Assembly (NCBI GenBank): GCA_002633005.1
Contig: NMRA01000388.1
Location: 186,001 to 250,000, forward strand
Reading direction: 5' to 3'
Source: Phoronis australis
Lineage: Eukaryota > Animalia > Phoronida
DNA: 64,000 nucleotides
Positions 10,360 through 22,300 of the stretch are shown one piece after another (the stretch's first letter is position 1; the number at the start of each line of letters is the position of its first letter). The position numbers and the translations under genes are program-made. The notes under the pieces are model-generated. The model was not told where the DNA came from. It saw only the letters and a list, made by a program, of their open reading frames with translations, and did not search any database.

Positions 10360-13300
10360 ATGATCTTGTGTACCATGAGGTTTTTCCGTGATATTAACCT
10401 TAAAAGGAACAGATTTTTTATACTCCGCGTAGTCACATTCCTGTTTGTAGTTTATTTGCTGACAACTCTACGGACTCGGCGAGTACTAGAAGAAAGTTTC
10501 GGTGGTTTGGTGTTTGAAGATACTCTACATGTAAATGAACCCTCGTATCTATGTCTCCTGCAGCCTCAAACATTGCGTAAGTGAACCATACCAAATTAAT
10601 TGTTACATGAACGTAAGGTTGTCATCATCGTAATATCTGGTAGTGCTTGTTTTTACTAAACTAATTACCTGTTCTTTTTTATTCTAAGTTATTACGTGAT
10701 ACTTGGCGTGAATCTTAAGATTACATCGTTGGAGTTACCATTGATAAAACTGCATTTTGTGCAGTTCAGCTGGCTGAGAAACGACAGTCCAATTGGACCT
10801 TTCCCTCTCATGAAGTCGGCACCTTAATATCTTTTGCCGTGATAACGTTTTATTTCCTTGACAAACTCGTGTCCCACAGGTAATTCTGACATGCGTCATT
10901 TCCATTGGCCAACCCCAATGAACAATAAAGCGTTTTCTTGTGTCGCCGATGGTCGCCGAAATGGAATCTTGATCACGTTAAGGAATGTTATGAGGCCGGT
11001 TTCCTGAGAGTAAGGCCTGATACCATTTTCCATTTTAGCCATCTCAACAGGTCAAAATCTAGTTTCCCGTACCCGGCCATTGCGACGTGGCTGAATATGT
11101 CCATGACGCATGCGTAGGTGCTGAATCGCTATCAGCGACAAACTGACAAGCCGAATAACAAAGATCACAGCTCCATGTGTGCGACTAAAGCAATCAATAT
11201 GACACAACGGTAGAGTGTTTAATCCATCATTAAAAACTGAAGGCCAATATATAATTAAAAAACGTGGAATATAACACATATGGTGTTTTGAGGTTCTAGC
11301 TTTCCCTGTATTTTAACTTAAAACTTCAGTCCACTTGTCCAGAAATAAAACCATACGCGCACACGGGGGATCGAACGAGGCTCCCCCATTTGGTGAAGTG
11401 GGCAAAAAGGCCCGCCTCAGAACACGAAAACTCCGAAAAAAGTACAAAACTATACAAAAATCTACTAAAAAGGCAAAAACTACCAAAATTCGGTGAATGC
11501 ACATTCGCAGCTTCGAACGTACCCCACTCAAAATTCGAGCCCCCCCCCTCCATTTTTAGGCTGGGTGCGCACGTGAAAACTGCGCGTATTTCACTTTTAA
11601 AGCCCACCAATATAGGTCCCGATTTTTCCTACACTGTTAAGATTTTCCAATATAAGAAGATTATTTACGAGTCAAAAAGCTTCCGCTTCCGCTTAACTGT
11701 TATCTCTCTTGATCTGTTACTTCTGCAAGTCATTTTCAAACTACATTTCATTACTATTTAGCAGCCAAAAATTTAATCTCAAGATTTGTCTCATAATATT
11801 ATCCACCGCGATAGGATTTGATCTGCGTTACAAACAAAGACCTCAAAATCCTCAGCGACTCAAAAATAATCTTAACAATTTATTGGTGTTGGCCTGTCCT
11901 GAAATTGCGAAATTGAAAATTATGCATGTAGTCATTGCCTGTGACGTGATTTGCCGGCTCAAACTCGCCTTTTCCGATTTAGGAATCGAACTCATCTTCT
12001 CCCGAATACTAGCTGGACATAGTAACCTATGCTCACTGGGTATTCGACACACCTTTTATTGTTGGTTTCTTCTTATTGAATTGTTTGATAATTCGTTTTC
12101 ATCTTTGCCTACTGCAAGCTGTAAAACAAACTAGAGGCCACAGAATTTGTTTTCACATTACATCCGCCTTGACAGAGAACCTCTGGCAAAAAATAATGTG
12201 AAATATTTACATGGCGTGCTGAAAACTTAACTCTGATGAAATTAATTTTTGAAACCTCTTTGAAATCAGGTTAACTTGCACTATCTATATTTTGTGTTTT
12301 AACCGTTTTAATTGTATATCTTGGTTCACTAATTTACTTACATGTGCTTAAGTAAACACTACTATGGATTCGGACTACTTTAAATTTTAGTGTTTCGGCT
12401 TCCACGCAAAAAGTTACTCCGTCAAAATGTTTTCTTTAATGTTATAGTTGGGTGGTCCTCAAGTTTTCCTTGAAATAAGAAAAAGATCAAGATCACGGTC
12501 ACCCGCCGCATTCCGACAGATGGCGATTATTGGGGGACGGATAAAACAACAACAATAATATATATTTTAGGTTGTATTGGGAATTTCAGGGTCACAGCTC
12601 TACAGATGAATATTTCACAGAAGGAACCAGATGGGTTTCTTCATTACAAGAGATAACACACACATTTACGATACCCAATGTGTAATTGAATATCGGATAC
12701 TAAGTGGCACAGGTTAGCATAGTACCAAATGGGTACATAATACCAAATGGGTATTGGCCGATTGCCTACCAACTGGGTGGAGCAAAACGGCAAATTCAAT
12801 AACAAGTACCAAATGGGTACAATTGCCAAATGGGCAAATATCATATAATAAAGTACCAAGTGGGTACATCAAACAGCCAACTGGGCTATAACAACCTGCA
12901 AAGCAGGTTCCGGACAAGCTGAGTGAGCAGACCAGCCGGAGTGATAAAAGGCTATTGAAAGGAACGTGGTGTTGTGGCTCAGTATGTGCCACTTATATTC
13001 ACTTGTTGGATTGCGAAATAAAGCAAGTTAACGTGAACAGTCCAAGACAACGAGGTTGTTCTGTACAAAATGGGTTCCCCGGTTACCAGGAATTGATTTA
13101 CATCTGATTTCACAACTTGTGTTTACCTATTTTCATATTTACTTTGCATTATTCTCAAAGCAAACTTACCATTTTTCAAATTGTGTAATTGAAATGAAAA
13201 TATTAAATGTTTTATGAATTAGTTACTATCGTAAAATAAGAACTTTTTACAGACTTTTGGCAAACTGTTAACTGGGAATTTGTATAGCTTACATGCGTTT

Positions 13301-16300
13301 AAAATAACCGTACCATTGCAGGAGGGAAGCGGGCAGTTACTTTTGAGACAAACTTGACGGAAACTATTCTACAGAATCCTGAAGTGACAGCAGGTGGTGA
13401 GTGGAGACCACGTGATTGTATCGCGAGAAGACGCGTGGCAGTTGTTATTCCATACAGAGATAGGGCAGAGCATTTGGCTGTACAGTTGGCAAACCTTCAT
13501 CCAATGTTGCAACGACAAAAACTGCATTACAGAATTTTTGTTGTTGAGCAGGTACATAGATTTTTTAAACACTAATAATATGGACTGTATTAAAACCATA
13601 TACTAACCTTCGTTTTCAAGTCTGGATTACCGTTTCATCTGTTCCAAGGGAGTGTCCCGTAAGCGCAAGACACTTCCCTCGTTTCTCGTTTTCCGTCATG
13701 GGATAATAAATCTAGTGGGTGCAAGCATATTTGAAAATAACCAGTAAGCTATATATATGGACCTATAAATGTGGAATCGTTCTTGAAAGCGGCGCTTTTG
13801 TAGTCACTAAACTCAACACAAAACTGTAGTTATACATGTACCGTTGAAAAACTAACAGTCCGAAAGTGTTTGTAGCTCTTGCATTTGACTGGCACTCATT
13901 GGTCCTGAGTTACGGACCGTTGAAATATAGATTTTGAGCTTCAGTTCATGCATTAGACATTTGTACCGGAAGTTGTGATATAGTTAATTCATCTCTTTCA
14001 ACAAGGTGGCGTCTGTGCTCATATTTACGAATAAGGGGTTACAAACTTCCAAGAGACTGTTCGTTGGATGTAACGGTGGCTTGTCCTTAGCATGCAGTTT
14101 CAAGGATTTCTAATTTTGATTCTTCACCACGCATGTCAAAAATACCCCCACGTGGAACTGCACGACATACGTGGGTACATGTAGCTACGCCTTGTTTCCA
14201 GCGTGGTTGATTGTTTTGTAACCGGAGAAAATAGTTTCATTACCAATTGCAATTGTTTGATTGTACAACGAAGCTAAAAATATTCCACTCGGGCAGAAAT
14301 TACCTCGGTGGAATTGCTTCAGATCGGTAGATGTGTGAGGTAAACATTTACGCAAAAAGGGTGATTGTTGCCCCTGGCAGATGATAAAAGGATAAAACCG
14401 GAAATTCTGATTTTATTAAATTTTACTGTAACATTTCAAAGTTTCTTCGATATCTAGAGTTTGAAATTAGATTTCCGCGATATCATTTAACATTTGATTT
14501 TACGATGCGGTCAGCAATTCAACATAAAATTTTAACATTTTCACGCAATTCGAAGATTCATTAGATTTTACCACCTTTGAATAGTTGAACGAAAGTTGAT
14601 AAACTGGAGTGTCCCCTGGAGAACGAACAATGGACAGTTAGATGCTTGTTTGGCCTAAGTTCACTCGCTAAGTCATAAGATGGTAATTGCCGACAGAGGA
14701 TATGAAAAGCCCGAATTGGTCTTCTATGCTAGGCTCCCGCTTTGCCGACCCAAGTGCCGACCGCAGAGGCGACTCAGCAGACGACTCCTAACAGACCGTT
14801 GTTGGTCGGCTGCAGGTCGGCTAGACGCCCTGTCGTCGACCGATTTCCTACCGGTCGGAGAAAAATTCGTGATATGTACTGTAAAATAAACTGATTTAGA
14901 TAATTTGGTGTGCTCGACTAAACTTGTGAAGGGGGAACACGTATGTGACAAATAGATTGACTGATTTGAAAAAAATTCTTACTTTCAGTAATCCCTGGAA
15001 ATGAGTTCTCGTTCTGTGCAATGTCAGCTTCCAATTTATTCGAGATCATTGATACACATGTTCATGAGAGCACTGAAATTGTTTGAAATGTTATCACTTA
15101 GGTACGCCCAACTTCATTACATCTAGTTGAGCAGATGAGCTATCCGTGCAAGAACTGTTTTACATGAATCGAGCCTTTTTGGCACTGGAATGTTTACTTG
15201 AATGGCCATTTCTATTCTTCAGGAAAGAGTATCGAGACCATTTTGTTTGTGGACAATGCTCTAAATCAAACGTCCATGTAGGTTCTGTGATGAAAGAAGA
15301 CGGATGTATTGCCGTATATATTATTGGTTGTAGAAATTACAAACCATACACAGGGGCGGATCCAGGATTTTGAGTTGGGGGGCGAGGGCAGTTTTAGCCA
15401 GGATTTTGCCCGGCAGACATTCGCACCCCGAACTGCCAAATGGAATCTGGGAGAATTTTAGGGGGGCCATGGCCCCCTTAAGCCCCTCCCTTAAATCCTC
15501 CACTGATACACATCTATTCCAATGGCAGGGAGTCTGACGTTGTATAATAATGAACTCATTATCAGTTTCGTCAACTCAGTGATTACTTTATAATTTGCAC
15601 TTTCCGCGTTGATGAGGGATATTTGCAGTTCATTTGGTAACGGGATGGCCCACGCGTAGAAAAATTGGAACAAATATTTTTCGTTGTATCACAAGCGCTT
15701 TGAACCTCATCTGGAGGGAAAATGTGAAATTTGATGTACAAGTACTTCTGAGGACGGTTGCATAAAACAGTCCCTATTGAGAACTCAACTAAGTTCCCTA
15801 AATGTTTTGCATATTTGTTTCGTTCATGACTCACATACGAAATGTTTTTCTATCATTTTACATTTGTTACGAGCTGATCTTTGTCTAATGACATTTTCTA
15901 ATAATATATCTAAAAACAGACCTCTTAATTCAATCAAAACAATTAGGGACTTAGTTCTTAAATAAAGGGCGTTACATGAAAAGATCCTTACTTGTTTTCA
16001 ATGATATTGAGAATTCGACGTAGAGTTCACTCTCGATTTGTATCAAAAATTGACTCAGTAATGATACCCAAACAGCAAAAGAAAGGACAGTCAGTGTTTT
16101 CACAAGCCCACAAATACACATTTAATTTAAAGACCTTGTTTGAGACCCTACTTGGGACTGTTTCACGCAACCGGGCACTGGCCGATAAACCATTCCATCC
16201 AAGACTCAAATTTTTCTTTGGTGTATAATTTTCAATCATGTGGAAAATTGAATATCTCTGAGGTCATACAATCGCAGTTTGACAAAAAAATCTAATATTT

Positions 16301-19300
16301 GATAGCAAATGTCATCAATTTCCAATGCGCTTCGTGTCAAATTGACGTAGATACTTTTCACCAAGTTCACGGCCTTGAAGAATTTGGCTAATCTCAATGC
16401 AGAAAAAGCCCATTGAGTAAATATCTTCCTATTTGATACTGTTCATTTAGCTTGGTACGGACGAGTTCAACAAAGGTGCGCTCATGAACACTGCTTTCAC
16501 AGTTGCTAATGAAACTATGGCGATGGACTGCCTCGTGTTTCACGATGTCGATCTTGTGCCAATGGACGACAGGAACCACTACGGATGCTTCGACAAGCCG
16601 CACCACCTGTCGGTATCAATCGATTCGTTTGATTATGCGTAAGTATAGTGATAGCATGAGTTAAACTTTTCCTTTGAAACAATCACCACCATCAATGAGG
16701 TTCACCGCCACAACTATCATAATCGTTCACATGACCAATACCTTTACCCATCTCTCTAGGGAAAGTGGCGTGTGATTGTGACACCCAGACTATTGGCATC
16801 AACCGACATTAGCAAGTATTCAGACCATTTGTCCCAGGTATGAGAGAAATGTGACAAAATGAGACAGGATAAGCTGAATCGGAATGTACGGAAGTTATTT
16901 TTCAAACAGTCGGAGTTTCCGAACCGTACTTTCCTTTGTTAATGGATGAAAAGTCGTGTTGTATGGTCCTCTCACACTGTAACTCCGTGTAGCATTGGCA
17001 AATAGTACAGGCCTACTATACAGGACCGCATTCTCTGCAGTTATTTTTCTCTTGGGCTGCAAGGAATGGTGAACGGAACAACACGACGATAAACATACCT
17101 ATTACAACTTCTTAAGTTACTCTTTAAAATTACTGACATTTCCATTACAATTACCCCGATTTCTAACTGGCACTCCAACTGGCGCTAACCCTAGCAGAAT
17201 TGCCACTTCCATTGTTCTAACAAGGACGGCTTCAGAACTCCCGCATCACTACCGCTCATACTACGTCCACGTATCTTGCTTGTATTTCCAGTTTGCCCTA
17301 CGCAACTCTGGTGGGCGGTGTGCTGGGTATGAGTACAAGAGTCTTCTTACAAGTGAATGGCTACTCAAACATGTACTGGGGTTGGGGCGCTGAGGATGAC
17401 GACATGTACGACAGGTTCGGCCATTTACTCGTACTCCGGTTAGGCGTATATATGACTTTGTAACTAACTAATTGGGGTATGCAGACTTTCTCTCTTGATT
17501 TATGGAGTTACAAGTCGTGTATACGAGTTGTAAATTGAAGTAAGGTATATCTAATATACAAATTTCGATCGACCTACCTGGGAGATGCCTATACGACTTT
17601 TGGATCTCTGTGTACGCACTCAGATTTTCGTATGGTGCCGGAGTCGATACAAAGTCGACTTTTATGTTTAGCCAATGTGAGCTTGCGTACATTTTGGTTT
17701 GGCATGCGGCGTCCGCTGTTGAATTAGCAGGGGTCAGAGATTGACTGTGGGTTTGTTTAAAAGGTAGTTATATGCTTTGAGATTGTGCGTAGATGGAGAG
17801 AGAATGATTAAATCCAGTAATTAATTTATTAGGTGATAACCACTAATTAGACAAGTAAATCCTGTTGTTAAATAATCTAATCAACAACAAAGAAGAGTAA
17901 CTACGCTAGCGCCCTTGACTTCAATTATGCAAGCTGTAGGACTCTCCACTTGTTGGATGACAGTCCTGTTGGTGAATCTTCAAACTACACACAATGTATT
18001 GCGGCAGTGTACTTGTTAGTCACAGTCTCTGGTGACGCAACACTTGCAGGCAGTTTCTTCTCCCCACGATTTTTCTTGCTGGTCACTGTCTCTAGTGACG
18101 CAACACATCAGGCAGTATCTCACTACCCACGATGCATCTGACAAGCTCTTAGTTAACTTCCTGTTCGTTAACCCTTGCCCTTGCCAAGATCCTCTATAGA
18201 ATCTTCCACGCGATGGCTCTGTTGTACAAGATCCTCTGTACACTGTAGCAAGTCTGTGCTTCAACTACTGTAGCTCATTTGAATATCTTCTTGACTTTAG
18301 CCCATATTCAAGTTATAATATTCTACCTATTAAGCAATTGGCTAATAAAATCCACATGATCTTATCTAAACATATCATTATTTTAAATTAGCAACGTATG
18401 TTTGTCAGCCAAGATAGAGCGGTTCGAGAACAATCTAGTTTTCCCGTGCCCTGATTGGCTGGGATTAAGAGTTCAGTTGATGTGCTGGGTTTCTCTATGT
18501 TGTCGAACACTTTAAAGTCGTAGTAGTACACGTTTTAACCCTTATTAAATAATCAGAAGAAGTTATAAGGAACCAAGCAGTACCTATTCAATAACCAATA
18601 CATAATCCGTAGTTGAATGAAGTTTAAATAGACGCGTCACTCATGATTTCGACCCCAAGAACACACCGCCATTTTGAACTAACCACGAAACCGGAAGTAC
18701 AATTCATTCAGGAACCCAGGCTAAGAACGCCGGCTGTGCGACTGGAGCAGTGTCTGTTACCAGCCTGCAAACCGACAGCGGACTTTCACTTTCATATAAA
18801 CAAAATAAGGACAATTTATAGTGAAATTGTTGACAAAATGTGGCAAAAGATAGAAATTATTTTGCCGTACTCGGACCTGCCGCCAATGACATTACAGCGT
18901 TCTGTCGTTCAGTAACTTTTCCAGACGTGAGGGGTACTGAACGTGCGATAACAACAGACCCATTTGTTAAGTTCCCAGCTCAGAAGGTCTCTTATCATGT
19001 ATCTGGTAGCTAAGTCGTGGTGGTGTAGAGGTAAAGCACGCGCGCTATATCCGCCAGGTCGTGAGTTCGAGTCTCTGATAATTGTATTTTTTCCTGTTTG
19101 ACACGTTCTCCGATTTTTTGGCCTTTTTTTCTTGGGTAATACTTCAGGAATCAAGGAAAATGCTTGATTTTTAGAGGAAAAAAACAGAAAATTTTCCTGG
19201 GCGGGTGGGGAGCTCCTCTCCCAACCTCCCCCTATTCGGTGCTATGCGCATCTACAATCGTGTTTTGTGCAAATGCTTACAGCCGGACAAAATGTTGCCT

Positions 19301-22300
19301 CCCCTTGTGATATCCTAGATCCGCCACTGTAGTTGGGCGATTTTGGTGATTCAAAAACGGAACATGATCAGCATTTGACGAGGAATTCAGAATTGCTATT
19401 GGTTTAAGCTCAAATATGTTATAACTTAACTTTTAATTTTTATCAGCCCAGCCCAGTCAGGTTAGATACGATCTGATTAGAGTAATTATCGAACAAAAGA
19501 GCGCAGGCCCTCCAACCATAAATTCCACAATGTAGTTAATCAGTCGTGTAAGACATTGGCTACGGGAGTAAATTTCCCAACTTGTTGTTGGGCTATAGAA
19601 TCGAACATGTTGGGAGCAACGGGATGTCGCCGTCATGACACGGTGCGGACCAATCGAGACCACTCCTACTGACAAAAGACGAAGGCAGTCCGTCCCTGGC
19701 TGTTTTATCGGAATAAATCGTTCAAATCATAAATGCCGTATACATACAACGATCACTTGTATGTATAAAATTGCGGATTAGTCACTCTCCAGTGCCAACG
19801 ATTAAATAGCAAGAAGGCCGATTGATGGCTGGCTAGGCTACACGTTTTTACAGCCTTCGCAATTTCTGATAAACAAACAGTATAAACAGAACAACGAACC
19901 TCCAATATAAAAGTAATTGAATAAATTGCTATACAGTTAGAGCTGTAGGAATCAGAAACACACAATTATAAGCGAATAAAATACTATATTGAAGCAGACA
20001 CTTGATGTTGGTATATTGACAAAAATGAGACTAAACTACAGTGATTTTACAATTGGTTGGGGGAGCACAATCTTGAATAGAGGTTACGCGATCGGAAGGA
20101 TCCCACGGGCTGTGACGTGGTGTCCAAGGAAAGCCAATTCGGCAGCACCAAAAATGCACTTGGGCTTATTGATGACGAGACCGTTGGAGGACAGCAGCAT
20201 AAAGATCTGACGAAGATGTTCCAGATGTTCGGCATGCGAGCGGCTGGCCACCAAGATGTCATCGAGGTAGACAGAAGCGAACGAAACGTCCCTGAAAATG
20301 CCATCCATGAGGTGTTGGAAAGCCTGGGCAGTGTTCTTGAGGCCAAAGGGCATGCGAAGAAATTCCCACAATCCAAAAGGTGTGATTATTGCAGTCTTGG
20401 GCAAAGAAGAAAGCGCAACCGGAATGTGATGATAGCCCCGAACCAGATCAATTTTAGAGAAAACTTGGCATCCGGTCAGATGGTTGTTGAAATCATGGAT
20501 ATGCGGTAACGGGTAGCGGTCATCCGTGGTAGAAGCATTAAGTTGTCTGTAGTCACCACAAGGGCGCCATAGACCGCCAGGCTTGGGGACGACATGGAGC
20601 GGTGAAGACCACGGTGAACTGGATCGGCGAATTATACCCATCTTTTCCATTCGCAGAAATTCATCTTTCGCCCCCGCCAGTCGTTCAGGATTCAAACGTC
20701 GGGCACGTGCGTGGACAGGTGGTCCCTGGGTTATGATATGGTGTTCAACGCCGTGTTTATTCGCGTGGAATCGAAACACGGAGTAAACAGCTCTGAAAAC
20801 TGTTGTAACAAATGTGAGTACTCGTCATGGGCATGAAGGGAGAGACCCGCAAGCGTCAGTGAAATCGTGTTATGTCGCAGAAGAACAGAGGGATTATCGA
20901 TAGACAAAAGGCGCTTGCCCTTGAGATCACTAACTAGGTCGTGGGCAATAAAAAAACCAGCTCCCAGAATCGGGCGAGTAACATCAGCAAGATAAAATTC
21001 ATGAGCGTACCGTTGCTTAGGGCTAAGCACCACCGAGAGGGTACGGGTGCCCCATGTGTTTTTGGAAGTTCCGTTAGCAGCGGAGAGAGGTGCGGAAGGT
21101 GGATTGGTCTTGCGGTCTGAGGCAGGATAAACAGAAACGTCGGCGCCAGTGTCAATTAAAAAGTATCTACCAGTGTGTTGGTCAACAATGGAGAACGTGT
21201 TGCAGGTGGAAACTCCGGCCGCTACCACGTTCAACGGCCGGCTATGGCGTTTCCCTGGTTGTTTGTCTTGGGTATCAGTGACGCAAACTTGCAACCAGGC
21301 TGGCATCGACGAGCCTCGGGCCCAAACTTCATATGGTAGAAGCATACGGTGGAGGAACCCATAATGGGGCTGGCGTCACCGTGCTGGGAACGGGAACGGC
21401 GTCGGAAGAGCTTATCGGCCGAAACCACGTCCACCGAAGCGGACGTGGACTTGGCGTTGTCATCATAAAAAGCGGAAAACGTTGTCTGACTGGTGGTAGG
21501 CATAAAGACTTGCTGCACTCCGGCAGTACGTGCCTCCCAGATACGGTCCGCGGTCGTAGCAAGGTCCTCTATGGTAATAATGCTGTGGCCCGCCAGGATA
21601 GTGCGAACGTCAGCAGGCAGGTTCGTTAGGAACAAAGCACGTTTTATAGTCTGGGGCTCATCATTGAGAGCGTTGATACGTCTCATCATAGACGTGGGAC
21701 GTTTGTCACCCAGGCCATTGAGGTTCAAAAGCTCAGAGTCCTTCTGCGCCTGGGACTTTCCAAAAGCGTTGATGAGCGCGGACTTCAATGCGTTATACTT
21801 GTTTGAGTGGTGGGTGGAGGAGTATACCCTGAACTTCGTCGGCTGTGTGGACATCAAGGGCACTCACCACATAGTCATATTTTGTCTGATCTTGTACAAT
21901 CCCTTTTGTTCCAAACTGAGCCTCGACTTTGGCAAACCAAACTTCGGGAGATTTTGTCCAAAAGTCTGGCAACCTGATGGATACCGCGTTTATCCGAGTT
22001 GTTTGCATTGCAAGCGTCTGGAGAGTTGAGGCGAGGTCAGTAACAAGCTTTGTATCACTATGTCCCTCTGCCATTGTAAGTGTTCACTTTTCGAGGTCAC
22101 CAATGTAGGAATCAAAAATTATAAGCGAATAAAATGCTATATTGAAGCAGACACTTGACGTTGGTATATTGACAAAAATGAGACTAAACTACAGTGAGGT
22201 AACAAATCGTTATAACTGATAGGTGGCACCACAGAGTATCCCGACGATTAAACTTGCGAGAATATCGAAAATAAATTTAGACGGAAACTAAGATACCGGT

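Larger units (their letters stand above)
19944..22233 (-). mobile_element. Ty3/Gypsy LTR retrotransposon, CsRn1 clade, internally deleted (RNase H, integrase and PPT missing)
   Basis: Direct repeats at 19944-20044 and 22104-22197 begin TGTAGGAATC. PBS TGGTGACCTCGA (22091-22102) is complementary to the tRNA-Trp 3' end. Gag has LPDFW...WF..VEAQF and a CHCC knuckle (CFYHMKFGPEARRCQPGC), protease has LIDTGAD, and RT has FSKIDL..GY, RMPFGL and YLDD. The outer end at 22233 (ACA; flanks gagc/gagt) is tentative. Confidence 0.9.

Noticed and set aside
17935-18145. Possible solo LTR starting GCTGTAGGA like the Gypsy LTR end
   Set aside because: Similarity stops after about 10 bp, and no convincing CA end with TSD was found.
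20117-22029. Plus-strand ORFs over the retrotransposon, and plus-strand ORFs over PKHD1L1 exons (for example 52625-52903 and 59409-59738)
   Set aside because: Antisense shadows of coding sequence on the other strand.
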